A stretch of DNA of 60,141 nt, filler included, from Basidiobolus meristosporus CBS 931.73 (lineage: Eukaryota > Fungi > Basidiobolomycota): NCBI GenBank assembly GCA_002104905.1. It is 3 parts of 3 records of this genome, joined end to end, with 100 filler letters (N's around TTAATTAATTAA, not from the genome) between each part and the next. Parts side by side here need not be neighbours in the genome. Positions count along the whole stretch, not along the records: positions 1 to 15,006 come from MCFE01001159.1; positions 15,107 to 45,712 come from MCFE01000848.1; 1 more part is not named here. One strand, 5' to 3'. The position numbers and the translations under genes are program-made. The first letter of the stretch is position 1. The number at the start of each line of letters is the position of its first letter. Positions 13,076 to 25,902 of the stretch are shown one piece after another. The notes beneath the pieces are model-generated. The model was not told where the DNA came from. It saw only the letters and a list, made by a program, of their open reading frames with translations, and did not search any database.

Positions 13076-13088
13076 ATTTTTCATAGGG
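13076..13088. repeat. TIR of the CMC-like element (ATTTTTCATAGGG)
   Basis: Exact reverse complement of CCCTATGAAAAAT at 13917; 12/13 match to CCCTATGAGAAAT at 46026, where homology to 12960-13088 also stops. Confidence 0.7.
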
Positions 13089-13129
13089 TACATAACAATA
13101 TCCCGTGTGGGCTATATGGATTACATATT

Positions 13130-13916
13130 AGACTTGTTATGTTGGATTGTGCCACATAGTGCCAGCCTGTATAAAGTGTTGGACCAATCTAGCACTCTAA
13201 TTTCTACCATTATGCCAATGGTGGGATACACAATCTTACTGATGCTGCTCAGAACAGTGCTTTTCTATCTTCATATATGTCTCATAATTCTCCAGACACA
13301 TTACTCTCAGTAAATGACTTCTTGTATGAATATGATGTGCATTAATAAGTATCTTAACTATTTTGCCTATTCTGCCTTTATCTCCTGCATATGACTTTCC
13401 ACTGTATTCACCCATTGATAAGCTGAATCTCTTGAGATATCCAAATGTATGCTCTACTCTCACCCTGAAATGACTAAATATCTCATTGTAAAACCTCTAC
13501 TGCCTGCTAAGCACTCCATTTCTTGGCTTCCTATGAGCTGTTATACACCATAATCTCTGACAATCCTCTCCTATATAAGCTAAATCTGCCATCCATTTCT
13601 CCCATCTACTGAATTCCAAATAATTCCCTATCCACAGTGTTTTGTAATGCCTACTTCCAGCAAATGTCCCACTAAACCCAATGATGTTACCCTTAAGGTT
13701 GGAAAGTACTAGAAACTACAAATAGTGTGCCTTGTATTTGCCAGAATAAAAGAGCCTGTGCCCTCTAGAAGGTCTAATGATACTGACTGGGAAGGTATCC
13801 AAAATACTCCTGACATGGAACCTGTTACTGAACACTCTGGGATATGGAAGTTTACTGGAGCTTTGGAGCCTAGTATTCCAAGCTTGATCTAAGTCATTCA
13901 TACCCTCTGTAAGGTG
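13130..13916 (-). mobile_element. PHIS transposon copy (left end plus transposase 3' part), cut by a CMC-like element
   Basis: AGACTTGTTATGTTGG..GTGCCACATAGTGCCAG preceded by ATT; decayed DDE_Tnp_4-type transposase homologous to 48168-48818. Confidence 0.85.
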
Positions 13917-15006
13917 CCCTATGAAAAATAATTTGGTCCTACAGGTGGATCCGATACAGATCAGCCATCAAGATCCCGTTTAGAGACTGCCATAAAAACA
14001 GCAGCTTGGAATTAGTGACCCTCCTGCTGATCTTATAACAGGATCATGATGGTGTTTTGCTAGTTTTACAACCAAATAAAGGGATAAAACTTGATGATCT
14101 TTATTGGTGCTGTGGCAATATTTGCATAGTATTGTTGTGGTCTTTCAGCACTCTGTAGCTATTTTAAATAAATCCAGTTGGCCAGGACATCCAATTGCCC
14201 TATATGGCAAGAAACTTGATGGTTTTATGACAGCCTCACAGCATAACTCTGATGGCATTCTATCAGCAGTATGACGGCCTACTGCTTGTTCTTTATAATG
14301 CTACCATACAAATTTACCAGATGATATTTACTTTTTCTACCTCCCCTTGTGCAGTTCATATATTCCACTGTAGAACCACCACTTTTTATTTGCTTACCCA
14401 CTACTACCTTGGGTATTCCACATATAGTTCAAATCAAAAAAAACTATGGGCTCCTGCTTACTAACCTCAACAAATGCGCACACCTGCCACAATTGACATA
14501 CTTCTATCACCTCTACTTTACGGCTTTTTAGTGTGATACTTGCAAAGTTGCCATATATCTTGTATTGCTGGTAACATATACATCTTGCAAACATATGCTT
14601 GGTTGTTGCCACTTCTGCCATGAATACCTCCAAAATATCTGCAAAGAGCTTCTTGGTATTTAGCCAATATATTCCTTCTCTCTGCTGGATTCTAGTCCCC
14701 CTTATAGGTGCGCACTGGCTTTTGTTTGTCTGAATTCTATATTGAATGGTGTAGAAGTTGGCTTGCAACCATGAGAAATCTGACATATCTTGGTAGAGTT
14801 TTCCTGATAAAATTAGTTGCTTGTTGCACCCAACCCAACTTTGCATTATGTAACTGATTACCCATGCATTGGGCTGCTTAGCTTCTTAATGCTATAGGAA
14901 TAGGTGTCTCCATGTGCACATTTGTCCTCAGTATTTTCCAACCCTTTCTGGCTGTCCTCCATGTGCCAACTCATCACATCCATGATGGACTTGAAGGTAA
15001 TATTCT
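13917..15006 (-). mobile_element. CMC/EnSpm-like element, copy 3: terminus plus transposase 3' part, running into the gap
   Basis: Starts CCCTATGAAAAATAATT exactly where PHIS homology stops; 14190-15006 is homologous to 1960-2480 and 18300-19130. Confidence 0.75.
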
Positions 15007-15106
15007 NNNNNNNNNNNNNNNNNNNNNNNNNNNNNNNNNNNNNNNNNNNNTTAATTAATTAANNNNNNNNNNNNNNNNNNNNNNNNNNNNNNNNNNNNNN
15101 NNNNNN
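15007..15106. other. Assembly spacer (100 bp of N with a TTAATTAATTAA six-frame-stop linker)
   Basis: N44-TTAATTAATTAA-N44; identical design at 45713-45812. Confidence 0.95.
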
Positions 15107-17440
15107 AATGTGTTGTTTGGATCATTACAAGTAATAGCAATTCAATGCAATTGCATCATCTTCTCCTAGGCTTTTTTCTCACTGGGATTACTACTGAAGC
15201 ACTTAGTAGTGATTCACTTTGCACACCTAAAGTACTTCTTGTTGACTATCCTCTTGGCTACTTGTGTATTTGTAGTCAGTATTTTGCCTCCTAGTTGATG
15301 AGTGCAATGCTGCAGCTTGGCTGTGCTGAATTGCTCCAGATGATGCAACTGAGCTGGCCTGGAGTGCTACATGCTAATGCATTTCTTTCCTTACCAAAGG
15401 CTTAAGTTGGGGAGGCACTTCATGTAGGTCTTCATCAGTTACTTCACCAGAAGAAACTTGCTTATGGTCAGGTGTAAAGGCACACACAGATGTGACTTGA
15501 TGCGCTGGCATGGCCCTTGGCTGAGTACAATGTAATGCTGCTTGTTGACGCAACTTGGCCTGCTCCAATGGACTTGTGTTGTTTTGAGCAGTTTGGCAGG
15601 TTCTGGTAGTTTTGCTCCATACTGGGCAAATTGTGTGGAAAATCATTCCTGCATGGCTTCCTGATCATATCCCCTTACTCTCAGCTCATTCTTGATCTCA
15701 ATACTTGTCTTGTTATATATCTTCTTACATACAACTGCTGGCATCTTGATGTAGAACTCATGCCACCGCTTTCTACTTGGGTTCATCCATCTCTGTTGAT
15801 TCTCCAAGGTATTTAGTTCTGCCAGATTAATAAGGAGTGCCCAAATATCTGTATGAAGGCTCACCATAGACACTTGGGCCCTACTGAAATCATTTGGCAA
15901 GAACTCAAACAGACCTGATATCACCTTTTCCCATCCAGATTGTGCTTGTGAGCTGGGTGATGGGTTTTGTCTGGGTTGAACTAAAGATGAGCTGAGACTT
16001 GGTATAGGGACCATAGTGACAGATTTGGATACTTATAGAGTGGTGTATTGGCATCAATCTGGTCTTGCATGAAATATATATGAAGACTAATGTGATTGTT
16101 GAGTTTTCCATATATTATGCATGATGTATCTTGGATTGCATTGACATGGATTAGATCACATCAATTGCAGATTTCCTATGTGATTATAGATTTGTGAGTA
16201 AAACATCAATAAAAATACCCAAGCATTGTTGGAGGATGATTTTTGCAACATTATGATGGGATACATGGCAATTGACACAATTTAATCGTAATGCATGGAT
16301 AATCAGATAAATAAAGCTGATTGTGCCAAATAAATTCAAATCACCTCAGCCCAATCCTCCACCAATCTTAATATTACTTACTCATCTGAATGTTCTTTTC
16401 TCATCAATCCCATCACTACCACTGGATTCCCCTTTGACATACTACAGTAAATCTATACCAAGTACTTTGGTCCATCTACCCAAATCTACTTAAGGAGATC
16501 CCTTGTTAAGCTTCTCTGCTATTACAAGAACTATTGCCCTACAAGGTTTCATCCCACCATCCATGGCAACCAGAGTCCTAGATGCTTTCATTCCCAGCTG
16601 ACAACAATGGAGAACCATCTTGCAGAGGGTATGAAAGATTTAGAGCAAGCTTGGAGTACTAGGTTCAGAAGCTCCAATAGACTTCCATATGCCAGAGTGT
16701 TCAGCAGCATGCTCTATACAAGGAGTATTTTGGATACCTTCCCAGTCAAGATTAACAGACCTTCTAGAGGGCAGAGGCACCTTTATTCTGGCAAGTACAA
16801 GGCACACTGTGTGTAGTTTCAGGTACTGTCTGACATTGAGGGTAATATTATCTGGTCTAGTGGGCTGTTTGCTGGAAGTAGGCATGCCAAAGCACTCTGG
16901 GTAGCAAATCATCCAGAATTCAGTAGAGGGGAGAGATGTATGACAGACTTGGCTTATATAAGGCAGGATTGTCAGAGATTAGGATGTATTACAGCTTATA
17001 GGAAGCCAAGGAATGGCGTGCTTAGCAGGAAGCAGGAGCTCTAAAATGAGATATTTAATCATTTCAGAGTGAGGGTAGAGCATACATTTGGATATCCAAA
17101 GAGATTCAGCATATTGGCAAGTAAATACAGAAGAAAGTCATATATAGGTGAAAGCAGCATAACAGGTAAAATAGTTAAGATACTTATTAATGCACAGTAT
17201 GCTCATACAAGAAGACATCCACTGAGAGAAATGTGTCTGGAGCATTATCAAGAGTAAATAAAGCAAGGAAAGAACTACTCTCAGCAACATAAGTAAGATT
17301 GAGCAAAATTACCGGTAACTGTATCCTACCACTGGCATCAGGGTAGAAATTATAGTGCCAGATAGTGCCGTAGAGTGCCAGATCAATCTGGCACCATAAA
17401 CAGGCTGGCACTATGTGGCACTATCCAACAGAACATGTCT
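15107..17440 (+). mobile_element. PHIS transposon copy, internally deleted ORF2, other end lost in the gap
   Basis: ORF2 remnant at about 15160-16014 (minus); transposase remnant at about 16370-17257 (plus); terminus ..CCAACAGAACATGTCT followed by AAT. Confidence 0.88.
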
Positions 17441-18240
17441 AATAATTGCTACCAGTTATTTCTCAAATTGGGTAGAAGCCAAAGCTGTCCAAAATAAAGA
17501 CCAGAAGACAACCACCCAATTCATTCTAGAACATCTCATCTGCCAGTGCAGAGATCCTTAGATACTCCTGTCTGACAGTGGTGGTGCCTTCCTGAACAAC
17601 ACTGTGGCCCATATGTGTGAAATGATGGGCATGAAGCAGGTCTTCATGGCTGTATATCACCCTCAGACCAACAGATTAACTAAGAGGATGAACCAGGTGT
17701 GTTGCCACATACTAGAGAAGATCCACTGGGAACTTCCCCAATGATGGGCCAAGCTGCTCCCACTGACACTGGTAGCAATACGTACAAAACCAAATTAAAC
17801 AACAGGTTTCTCCCCACAGAAAGTTCAGTATGGACAATGGCACAATGGCATGAAGAAGCTGGATTGAAAATAGAAGGTGTCCCCTTGATGATACATGATG
17901 ACTATGTAGAAATGTTGATACACCACATTGCCCACCTACACATAAAGTATTCAAAAATGTTGACAAGCACCTTCCCCCTCCACCCAAAAATGAGACACTA
18001 ATGGGACAAAAGTGGAAACCAGGCAATAAAGTGTGGTACAACCAAGCCATTGCAGGCCTTAAGTTTTGCCCATGACTTACACCCCAATGGACTGGCCCTT
18101 GCCCTGTTATTAGTTTGGATCACGGGCCAAAGTACACCATCAACCTGAACAATAAGACAATCAGCAACATAGCACCAGCCCATCTGAAATCAAAGTGTGA
18201 TTAAACAACTATCAGGACAAGGATAGTGGAAGACATAGGA
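17441..18240 (+). pseudogene. pol: Ty3/gypsy integrase fragment (separate lineage)
   Basis: YFSNWVEAKAV..LICQCRDP*ILLSDSGGAF..VYHPQTNRLTKRMNQ is an rve core. Confidence 0.75.
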
Positions 18241-19770
18241 TACATACAAAGTTTATTAGAGGAGATTTTAGTTGATATAGGTACAAATGATATGTGCAAG
18301 GAAGCTCACCCAACAACACTTACTGGCCAGGACATTCAATGCCTCTTGTGGCAAAAAACTTGACAGTGTCTTGATGCCCTCATTGCAAGCCTCTGATGCT
18401 ATTATTACAGCAGAATGGGGGCTTACAGCTAATTGACTTGTGGTATTTCCATTTTCTACCTCCCCTTGTGCAATATTATATTCCACAGAAGAATCAACCT
18501 TCTTTAGTGGCTTACTCATTACCACCTTGTGTATGCCACATCTAGTCCAAATTAAAAAAAACTATGGCCTCCTGTGTACTAACCTCTACAAAAATGCACA
18601 CTTGCGGCAACTGACATACTTTTATCACCTCTACGTAATGGCTTTTAGTGTTATACTTGCAAAGTTGTTGTGTACCTTGTATTTCTGATAACATATACAT
18701 CTTGCAAACATATGCTTGGTTGCCACCACTTCTGCCATGACTACCTCTGAAATATCCAGAAAGAACTTTTGGTATTTAGCCAATATATTCCTTCTCCCTG
18801 ATGGATTCTAGTCCCCCTTATGTGTGTGCTCTGGCTCTTGTTTGAGTGAATTCTGTACTGAAAGGTGGAGATATTGGCCAGTGACCAACAGAAACCCAGC
18901 TTACTTTGGTAGAGTTTTTCTGATAAAAATTAGCTGCTTGTGGCACCAAACTCAACTTTGCATTACTTAACTGATTATCCATGCATTGAAGCTGCTTAGC
19001 TTCTTAATGCTATAGGCATAGGTGTCTCCATGTGCACATTTGTCCTCAGTATTTTCCAACTCTTTCTGGCTGTCCTCCATGTGCCAACTCACTACATCCA
19101 TTATGGATCTGAAGGTAATATTCTTGATGAGATTGGGATATGGTAGTACCTGCAACTTGACTTGTTTTCCTATCTCCCCACACATCTGCTCCATAGAAAA
19201 CTTCCCAAAGGTGAAGCAAAGCCCAATATTCTCCACACACTGTGCCAGATGGAGTAGAGAATGGATACAGTAGCGGCAGAGATCTACGCGTTCAGCTTTA
19301 TGTTTGTAGTATACTGCTCAAATCCTATCAAAAACTCCTTGCACAACAGCTGCAGATGCGTCAAGTTGGTGTTGATGATCTGCTGATGGATAAATACTCC
19401 GACAAAGTCCACATATGACTCCCAATGCTTCCAATGTACTCTTGGTAGGAATGGCTGCAGAACACCACTATAATAAATACATATCCAGCTCATCCAGTCT
19501 TTGCATTTTTATTGTTGTATATGCGTATGAATAGTAATTGGAGCCTGTGAGAAGTACTTAAGGTAGCAGATACTCTGTAGTATCTTGCCAATTCTTTCAA
19601 ATATCTCTGGTATCCTGAAGGGCTCATTTGGCTTGAAAGCCCATGTACAACTTGGTCATCAGTATAGGGATAATGTTGAAAGCAAGTGCATTGCTCCCAG
19701 TGGAAAGCTTTTGCTCCAACAGATACCCTGTATCTTACATATCTCCAGTTTCCAATTGATATCTGAGAGG
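18240..19770 (-). pseudogene. EnSpm/Transposase_21-type transposase, central and C-terminal fragment
   Basis: KHWESYVDFVG..LLCKEFLIGFEQ..YCIHSLLHLAQCVENIG..FSMEQMCGEIG; homologous to 1960-2995 and 9509-9620. Confidence 0.8.
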
Positions 19771-20149
19771 TGTGCATAGCAAAAGTGATAACAACCAAGG
19801 TCATAGTTTTTTATCTGAGCAGTTTATGTAATATTTACAGAAGCAGCGCGAAGCCAATTTCAGAGGCTTAGTTTTGCTCTCTTGGAAGAAATTAAGAAAA
19901 GACCAGCAGAATACCTTCTGAATATCACATCATAGGCAATACAAAGTTCCCAACTGTTAATGCTTCTGGTGCTATAGTCTTATCAAATCTCTGCTTCATC
20001 TTTTCTGCACTTTGAGATACTTTGGTCTCTGCCCCTTGACATCTTTGTTCTAGCTTTTAGTGTTTACTTGGCTGACTGAGTTTACCTTCTAAGGTGACAG
20101 TAAGCTTTGGTTTTGTGAGATCTCCTGGAATCCTTGGCTCACATCCATA

Positions 20150-23100
20150 CACTAAGTAAAATGGCAATTGTTGGGTGGTGTTGTGTACGCTGACTCTGCA
20201 TGCAAAGAATGCTTGCTCTATATACCCATCCTATCTACTGACAGCTCCATATGCATACTTGGTCAGCATTTTTCCAAATAATCCATTAAACTGCTCAGTG
20301 ACTCCATTAGCTGTAGGGTGATATCCAGAGGTTTTCAAGTGTCTGATGTGCTGCACTTCCAGGTAAGCTTCCAATGTCTTTGCCATAGAGTTTGCTCCTC
20401 TGTTGGATAGAATCTCTACAGGGCATCCAAACTTCATAAGGATCTCATGGTAGATCATACTTGCAACTTCTTGCTCACTATCTATAGGTACTGCTTTAGC
20501 CACTGGCAATTTGGTGGCATGGTCAAGTGCTACTAGGATCCAACAGGTGCAATTTCTGGTAGTTGGCAGTCTTCCAATAAAGTCGATTCCCCATCTCTCA
20601 AATGTTCTTGCTGGCTTCCAGGGAAAGAGTTTGGCAATTCTATGTGGTTGGCCTTGGTTGATTTGGAAATTTGGGCATGTTTTCACCAGCTTCTCAGTAT
20701 GTGTTTCATTCTGGGCCACCATGCTCTGGCTTTCACTAGGCTATAGGTTCCTTTGATTCCAAGATGACCATATCCATTGTGTAGCTTATGTATTAAATCC
20801 AGGTGAGCAACATAAGGGCAATTGACAATAGGGCTCCCATCAACAATTCAGCAGAGCATTTCATCCTGTATCACAGATTTGCTGGCTTCCTCCCAGATTA
20901 TCTTCTTGATCTCTTCATCCACCCCGTTAGGAATGGCTTGGTTGTCCAAGTACTTAGGTTATAGGCTAGGCCAATCTGATTCATGCAACAAGTTAGGTTG
21001 TGCATCTTGTTCTAATCTTGATGAGGCATCAGCAACTGTGTTATTTTCCCAGGGCAGTAGACAACTTGCAAATCAAATTGCTGAATGTATTCACTCTATC
21101 TTGTCATTCTTCAACAGAGTACTTTCTAAGTAAATAGATACTTGAGGGATGCATGATCAGTTTTAATGGTGCATTTGACTCCTTCAATAAAACATCTGCA
21201 TGTCTTCAGACAGTGTATTAAAACAAGCATCTCCTTCTCATGCACTAGATAGTTTTGTACTGCTGAGTTCAGTTTCTTGGATTCAAAGTCAACTGGGCAG
21301 TCCTTTCCCTTGTGTTATTGGCTCAATACTTCACCAATTGCATACTCTATAGCATCTGTGCACAGAATATACTCTTTTCTGAAGTCAGGTATTCTTAAGC
21401 TTGGCAGCCTAGCAAGTTCATTCTTAAGCAACTGGATGGCACTCTCACAAGCTATGTCCCACTTATAGGTATTGTCTTTCTTGAGGATATCAATTAAAGG
21501 GACTGCAATACTTGCAAAGGACTTGACAAATCTCCAATAATAGGAAACCATCCCAAGGAATGATCTGAGTTCTGATATGCTATGAGCCTGCTTCAGATTC
21601 TTGATAACTTCAACCTTCTTATGGTCTAAGGTCACTCCTGTGCTAGTCACTATGTGTCCCAATATTTAACATGTTCCTTGAAGAGTTCACACTTTGCTAA
21701 ATTGCCATATAGTTTGTTCTCTCTTAGCTTCTTCAAGACTTTTACAATAGGTACCACATGATCCTTTTCTCTCTTACTGTATAATAATATGGCATCTAGG
21801 TAGATTGTCACAAACTGTCTAAGTACCCCTGGAAGACAGTCTGAATCAGGGTCACAAATGTTGCAAAGGCATTGGTGAGGCAAAAACTCATGACTAAGTA
21901 CTTGTAATGTCCATATCTGGTCCTGAATGCTGTCTTAGGGATGTCTTCTGGCTTCATTCTAGTCTGGTTGTATCCTGACATGAGGTCAATCTTGCTGAGT
22001 ATAGTGGCTCCATTGAGTTGGTTCAACAGCTCATGAATCCAAGGTATGGGGTACTTATTCTTCACAGTAACAAGTTGAGGGCTCTGTAGTCAATGCACAT
22101 CCTAAGCGTTCCATCCTTCTTCTTCACAAAAAGTACTGGTGCTCCCCAAGGTGACTTGTTAGGTCTGAAATATTCTTGCTCTAGTAACGGATCTATTTGT
22201 CTCTTCATCTCTTCCAACTCCATTGGACTCATTGTGTAAGGTGTCTTATTCACTGGAGGGCCATCTCCTGTGGCAATGGCATGATATGTCTCTGACTGGT
22301 GGTAGGCTTACAAGTTCATCAGGGAGTATGTCTGAATAGTCCCTCAAAAGAGTCTGTACCTTCTGGGGCTCTGGAATAGAGAAATCCTCCAGTAATATAC
22401 CATAAGGAAAATCTAGGTGCCTTTTCTCAGTGCTCTATAGAACTATGTCTTGTTAAGTTCACTTGTTTCATTCACACTGGAATTGACCAAGTTAAAATCT
22501 AGTCTGGCAGGTAATAGCTCATAGGTCTTGTTGTTCTTCTGGATCTGAGTAGCATAGGTTCTCCAGTTGATTGATGGATTACAACAAAATAGCCAGGTTT
22601 TCCCAAGTACAAGATCAAACTTGCAGTTCCCAAGTATATAGGCCTGTAGATCTTCTTCATAGTCATTGATCTTCATCCTTACTGGCTGAATAATATGGTT
22701 GATTATGTGAGAGTTCCCATCATCTGTTGAGACTGAAGCTGATTTGGTGGGTTCCAAGTTGATTCGAGCTTTTGAAGCAAATCGCTCTGACATGTACTCA
22801 TGCAATGCTCCTGAGTCAATCATGATCTTGGCAGGTACTCCATTGAATACGCCATTCAAGTATAAGAGCTTTCCAGAGCTTGAAGTCATCTGGGATAGGT
22901 ATTCTTTGGCCATATGCAAGGTGGGTTCTGAGTCTTCTTGAAGTTCATCATCCATGTTACTATGCTCCAGGGCTTCAATATGGTTGAAGGTTCTTGATGA
23001 CTAGTGTCCATTTCTTCTCTGAGGGTGGTACTTTGCAATATGTCCCTGCTGGTGGCAAGAAAAGCAAGGTCTGTTCTTCTTGCATTCTTCTGAGGTAAGA

Positions 23101-24240
23101 TTCTCCTGCATAGCATCTATTTCCATTGGCATGGCTTCTGATTGTTTTCTTTCATAGTTATTGTAGCCTCTCTGATTAGTTATTGTGGGCTCCCTAACTC
23201 CTAACATAGCTCAGTCATAGTCAATGGCAATCTTGATGGCTTCTTCAATAGTCTGAAGTCTTTGATAATTTACTTCCTTACAACTTCTTTCTTTAAACCC
23301 ATCAATAAGTATATGACTTGATCAACAGGGTCCATTCTTTCATCTATAGTCATAGATGTACTCTTGGACCATTCCTGTCTGTCTTAGTGTCTTCCACCTT
23401 CTTCTTAGTAGTGTCTGTTGGTGTGGGGGTTCAAAGGCACCCTGAGTTTCTGACACAAGCTCATCTCAGGTAGAGATTGTAGAGCATCCCATCATGGTGG
23501 CTGACCTGATCTTGTTGTGGTACCACTGTAAAGCTGTATCTGGCAGGTAAGAGGCTATATAATATAACTTGTTTTCTGGAGCAATTCCCTTAGCTTTGAA
23601 AGCTTCTTCAATCTGGAAGAGCCAAGTTCCCAGATTTTTATTGACTCTACCATGGTACTGGTTGACCTTCACACTAAAGTTGCTCTTGACAGGGTTTTGC
23701 TGGCTTTAGGCCATGGTTGTCATTCCTTGTTGCTGCTGGCTAAGGATCCAGAGTAACTATTGCTGCTGGGCCAGGATTTGCTGCATAGTGTTCTTCCATT
23801 CTTGATTCAGACATCTTAAGGGAGGCTTCTTCTTTCTTTTTGAGGGAGGTTTCTGGTTATTGCTGCTACCAATGTTACAAGTCTTGGTATAAGAGTTTCA
23901 GTGGAATAGGGAGTTTAGCTAGTATTGTATTCACTAAAACTTAAACTGATTTTTGTTGCAGTTCCAGCAGCTCCTTATGTACATTTTGCCAGATCAATCG
24001 CTTACTACTTGTATTTCCCAATGTGGGCTGTGGCTGATGAGTCATTTGATTGCATCATCATCACCCTATAAGATCCTACTTAATATATCTATTTCTGTCT
24101 GATAAGGATGTGCTGACTCATTTGCTGACTAATGCTACTGATTTGATAGATAATACTGATACACTGATAGCCTAAACATATAACTAATTGATTTGACTAA
24201 AAACTGATGTAACTTAAACATTCAAGTGGTAGATCATAAC
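20150..24240 (-). mobile_element. Decayed Ty3/gypsy element (family 2): LTR-PBS-gag-PR-RT-RH-IN
   Basis: IMIDSGA (PR); MCIDYRALN and [11 protein letters not shown] (RT); DAIEYAIGEVLSQ (RH); HLGIKGTY..WWPRM and WGIDFIGRLP..YHPTANG (IN). PBS reverse complement TGGTAGCAGCA at 23861-23871, next to the LTR end at 23873. The far LTR boundary is approximate. Confidence 0.85.
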
Positions 24241-24463
24241 ACACTGAGAGATATGTGTCTGGAGCATTATGCGGAGTAAATAAAGCAAGAAGAAGCACTA
24301 CTCTGAGCAACATAAGTAGGATTCAGTACAATTACCAATAACTGCATCCTACCACTGATATTATAGCAGAAGTTTAAGTGCCAGATGGTGCCATAGAGTG
24401 CCAGATCAATTTGGCACTATAAACTGGCTGGCACTATGTGACACTGGTGAACAGAACAAGTCT
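24241..24463 (+). mobile_element. PHIS terminal fragment (about 220 bp)
   Basis: Homologous to 17220-17440 and 55525-55746; ends AACAGAACAAGTCT. Confidence 0.85.
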
Positions 24464-24569
24464 ATGTTATCTTAAGTCTGGAGCATCTCACAATTTACAC
24501 ACCACAAAGAATCTCTTACATAAAATCTGGATATTCTTAATAAGAAGGTTATTTGGATGAAAATAGTAC

Positions 24570-25090
24570 ACTGGATACAGTTAAATAGGGAGCTTTCCAA
24601 GTCAGTCTTGGTAGCAATGAAGGAAGCGGAAGATTTACCTTCAACAAAGCACTTTCTGCACCTGAAATAGCCAAGAACCTACTATCTCTAACCAAGTCTA
24701 TATCAGGGGAATCTACTTCCAGTTTGACAGTTCTGGATGCAGGATCACTGAGCAAATGGCACTCACATTACTCTTGGTATTGTATAGCAGAATATATAAA
24801 TAATGAAGACATACAAATACTTTGGCACAGGAGATTCAGAAATATTAATTGGGATGGTTTGGGCAATATGATGATAGATAAGCTAATTTCAGTGGTAAAG
24901 GTTTACACCTAGCTAGTTTGAGACACTGTGCAGCCTTTGTATATGGAAGAAAGGCTAGAGAGCCATTGATGAGCTCTGGGTAAGTTAGAACAAGGAAAAA
25001 TTAGATCCAATTCACTTTGATCTGCATTGGCCAATACAGAGTTTGGCTATTCATACTTGTAGTTACACCTTTAAGTTCACCTATCTAGGT
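24570..25090 (+). pseudogene. Old copia family-1 protease/GAG-pre-integrase remnant
   Basis: APEIAKNLLSL and ILWHRRFRNINWD match YVPEIAKNLLSV and LWHRRFGHINFD. Confidence 0.65.
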
Positions 25091-25242
25091 AATGTATATT
25101 GTTACCTACAGGTTATAGAGAGTACAGACCAGATTTGTTATTAGGATTTACTTGGATTATCTCACCTAGACATTGGGTGCCCAAAATGTGAAAATTGCCA
25201 AAGTTTTCCAAGGTGCCCTGAGCATTGCACATATGTTCTGGG

Positions 25243-25591
25243 TATTGTAAAAATTTGTGGTTCCACCTGAATATTCACCTGGCTTAATCACCTAAGTCAT
25301 TACCTACCAATCTCAGAGTACACTGACAAAGCCACCTGTCAGGATTTACTTGGAATATTCTCACCAAAGTATCAGGTATGCAAAACATAAGAATTCTCAA
25401 AATTATCCAAACAGCCCTAAACTTTGCACATGTGTTCTTGGGTCCTTCCTAAGCATATTCTATCTGTTTGCTATGTAATCATCATGTAAAAGTATAAATA
25501 CTACTTTTACATTCAACAAATCTTTAAGTAAAAGCTACATAATCAACTTGCTGTTTCAATCACTTCCAGTATCCCCAAGACAATTACTACA
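25243..25591 (+). repeat. Copia family-1 LTR (349 bp), followed by a degenerate PBS and a short gag start to about 25900
   Basis: Aligns end to end with 57165-57513; GGTTACAAGCTC at 25592. Confidence 0.75.
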
Positions 25592-25902
25592 GGTTACAAG
25601 CTCAAGGCTGTCACTCCATGAGACCTCTACTACTGCTGCTACTTGAGTTTCCCCTCTGCTGAAAAGTTTACTGGATCTAACTACTAAGTGTGGATGGTTA
25701 GCATGAAGCTACTGATACAGGAAAGAGGTGACTGAGATAATAATATGGGGAAAGAAGGCCCCTTCAAATATGTAATAGAGTAAGCCTCAAAGTACCAGAA
25801 GAAAGAATCAAGTGCCTGTAACTGCATTTGCCTTAATGTCAATGGCAAAATGCTAATTCAAGGCTCAGAAACAAAAACATCAAAACACCTGAAAGGCATT
25901 AG

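Larger units (their letters stand above)
1960..13088 (-). mobile_element. CMC/EnSpm-like DNA transposon, copy 1 (decayed; interrupted by a copia at 2996-9508; transposase-side end missing)
   Basis: Transposase pieces at 1960-2995 and 9509-11052 rejoin across the copia TSD, matching the uninterrupted homolog at 19640-19700. Accessory ORF at 11266+. Terminus ATTTTTCATAGGG at 13076-13088. Confidence 0.8.

Noticed and set aside
15051-15062. TTAATTAATTAA as a piggyBac site or regulatory palindrome
   Set aside because: It is centred in N runs twice, which is a standard six-frame-stop assembly linker.
24090-24230. Short CTGA(C/T)/ACTGAT repeats as a satellite
   Set aside because: They are irregular and lie inside the presumed gypsy family-2 LTR, typical of U3 sequence.
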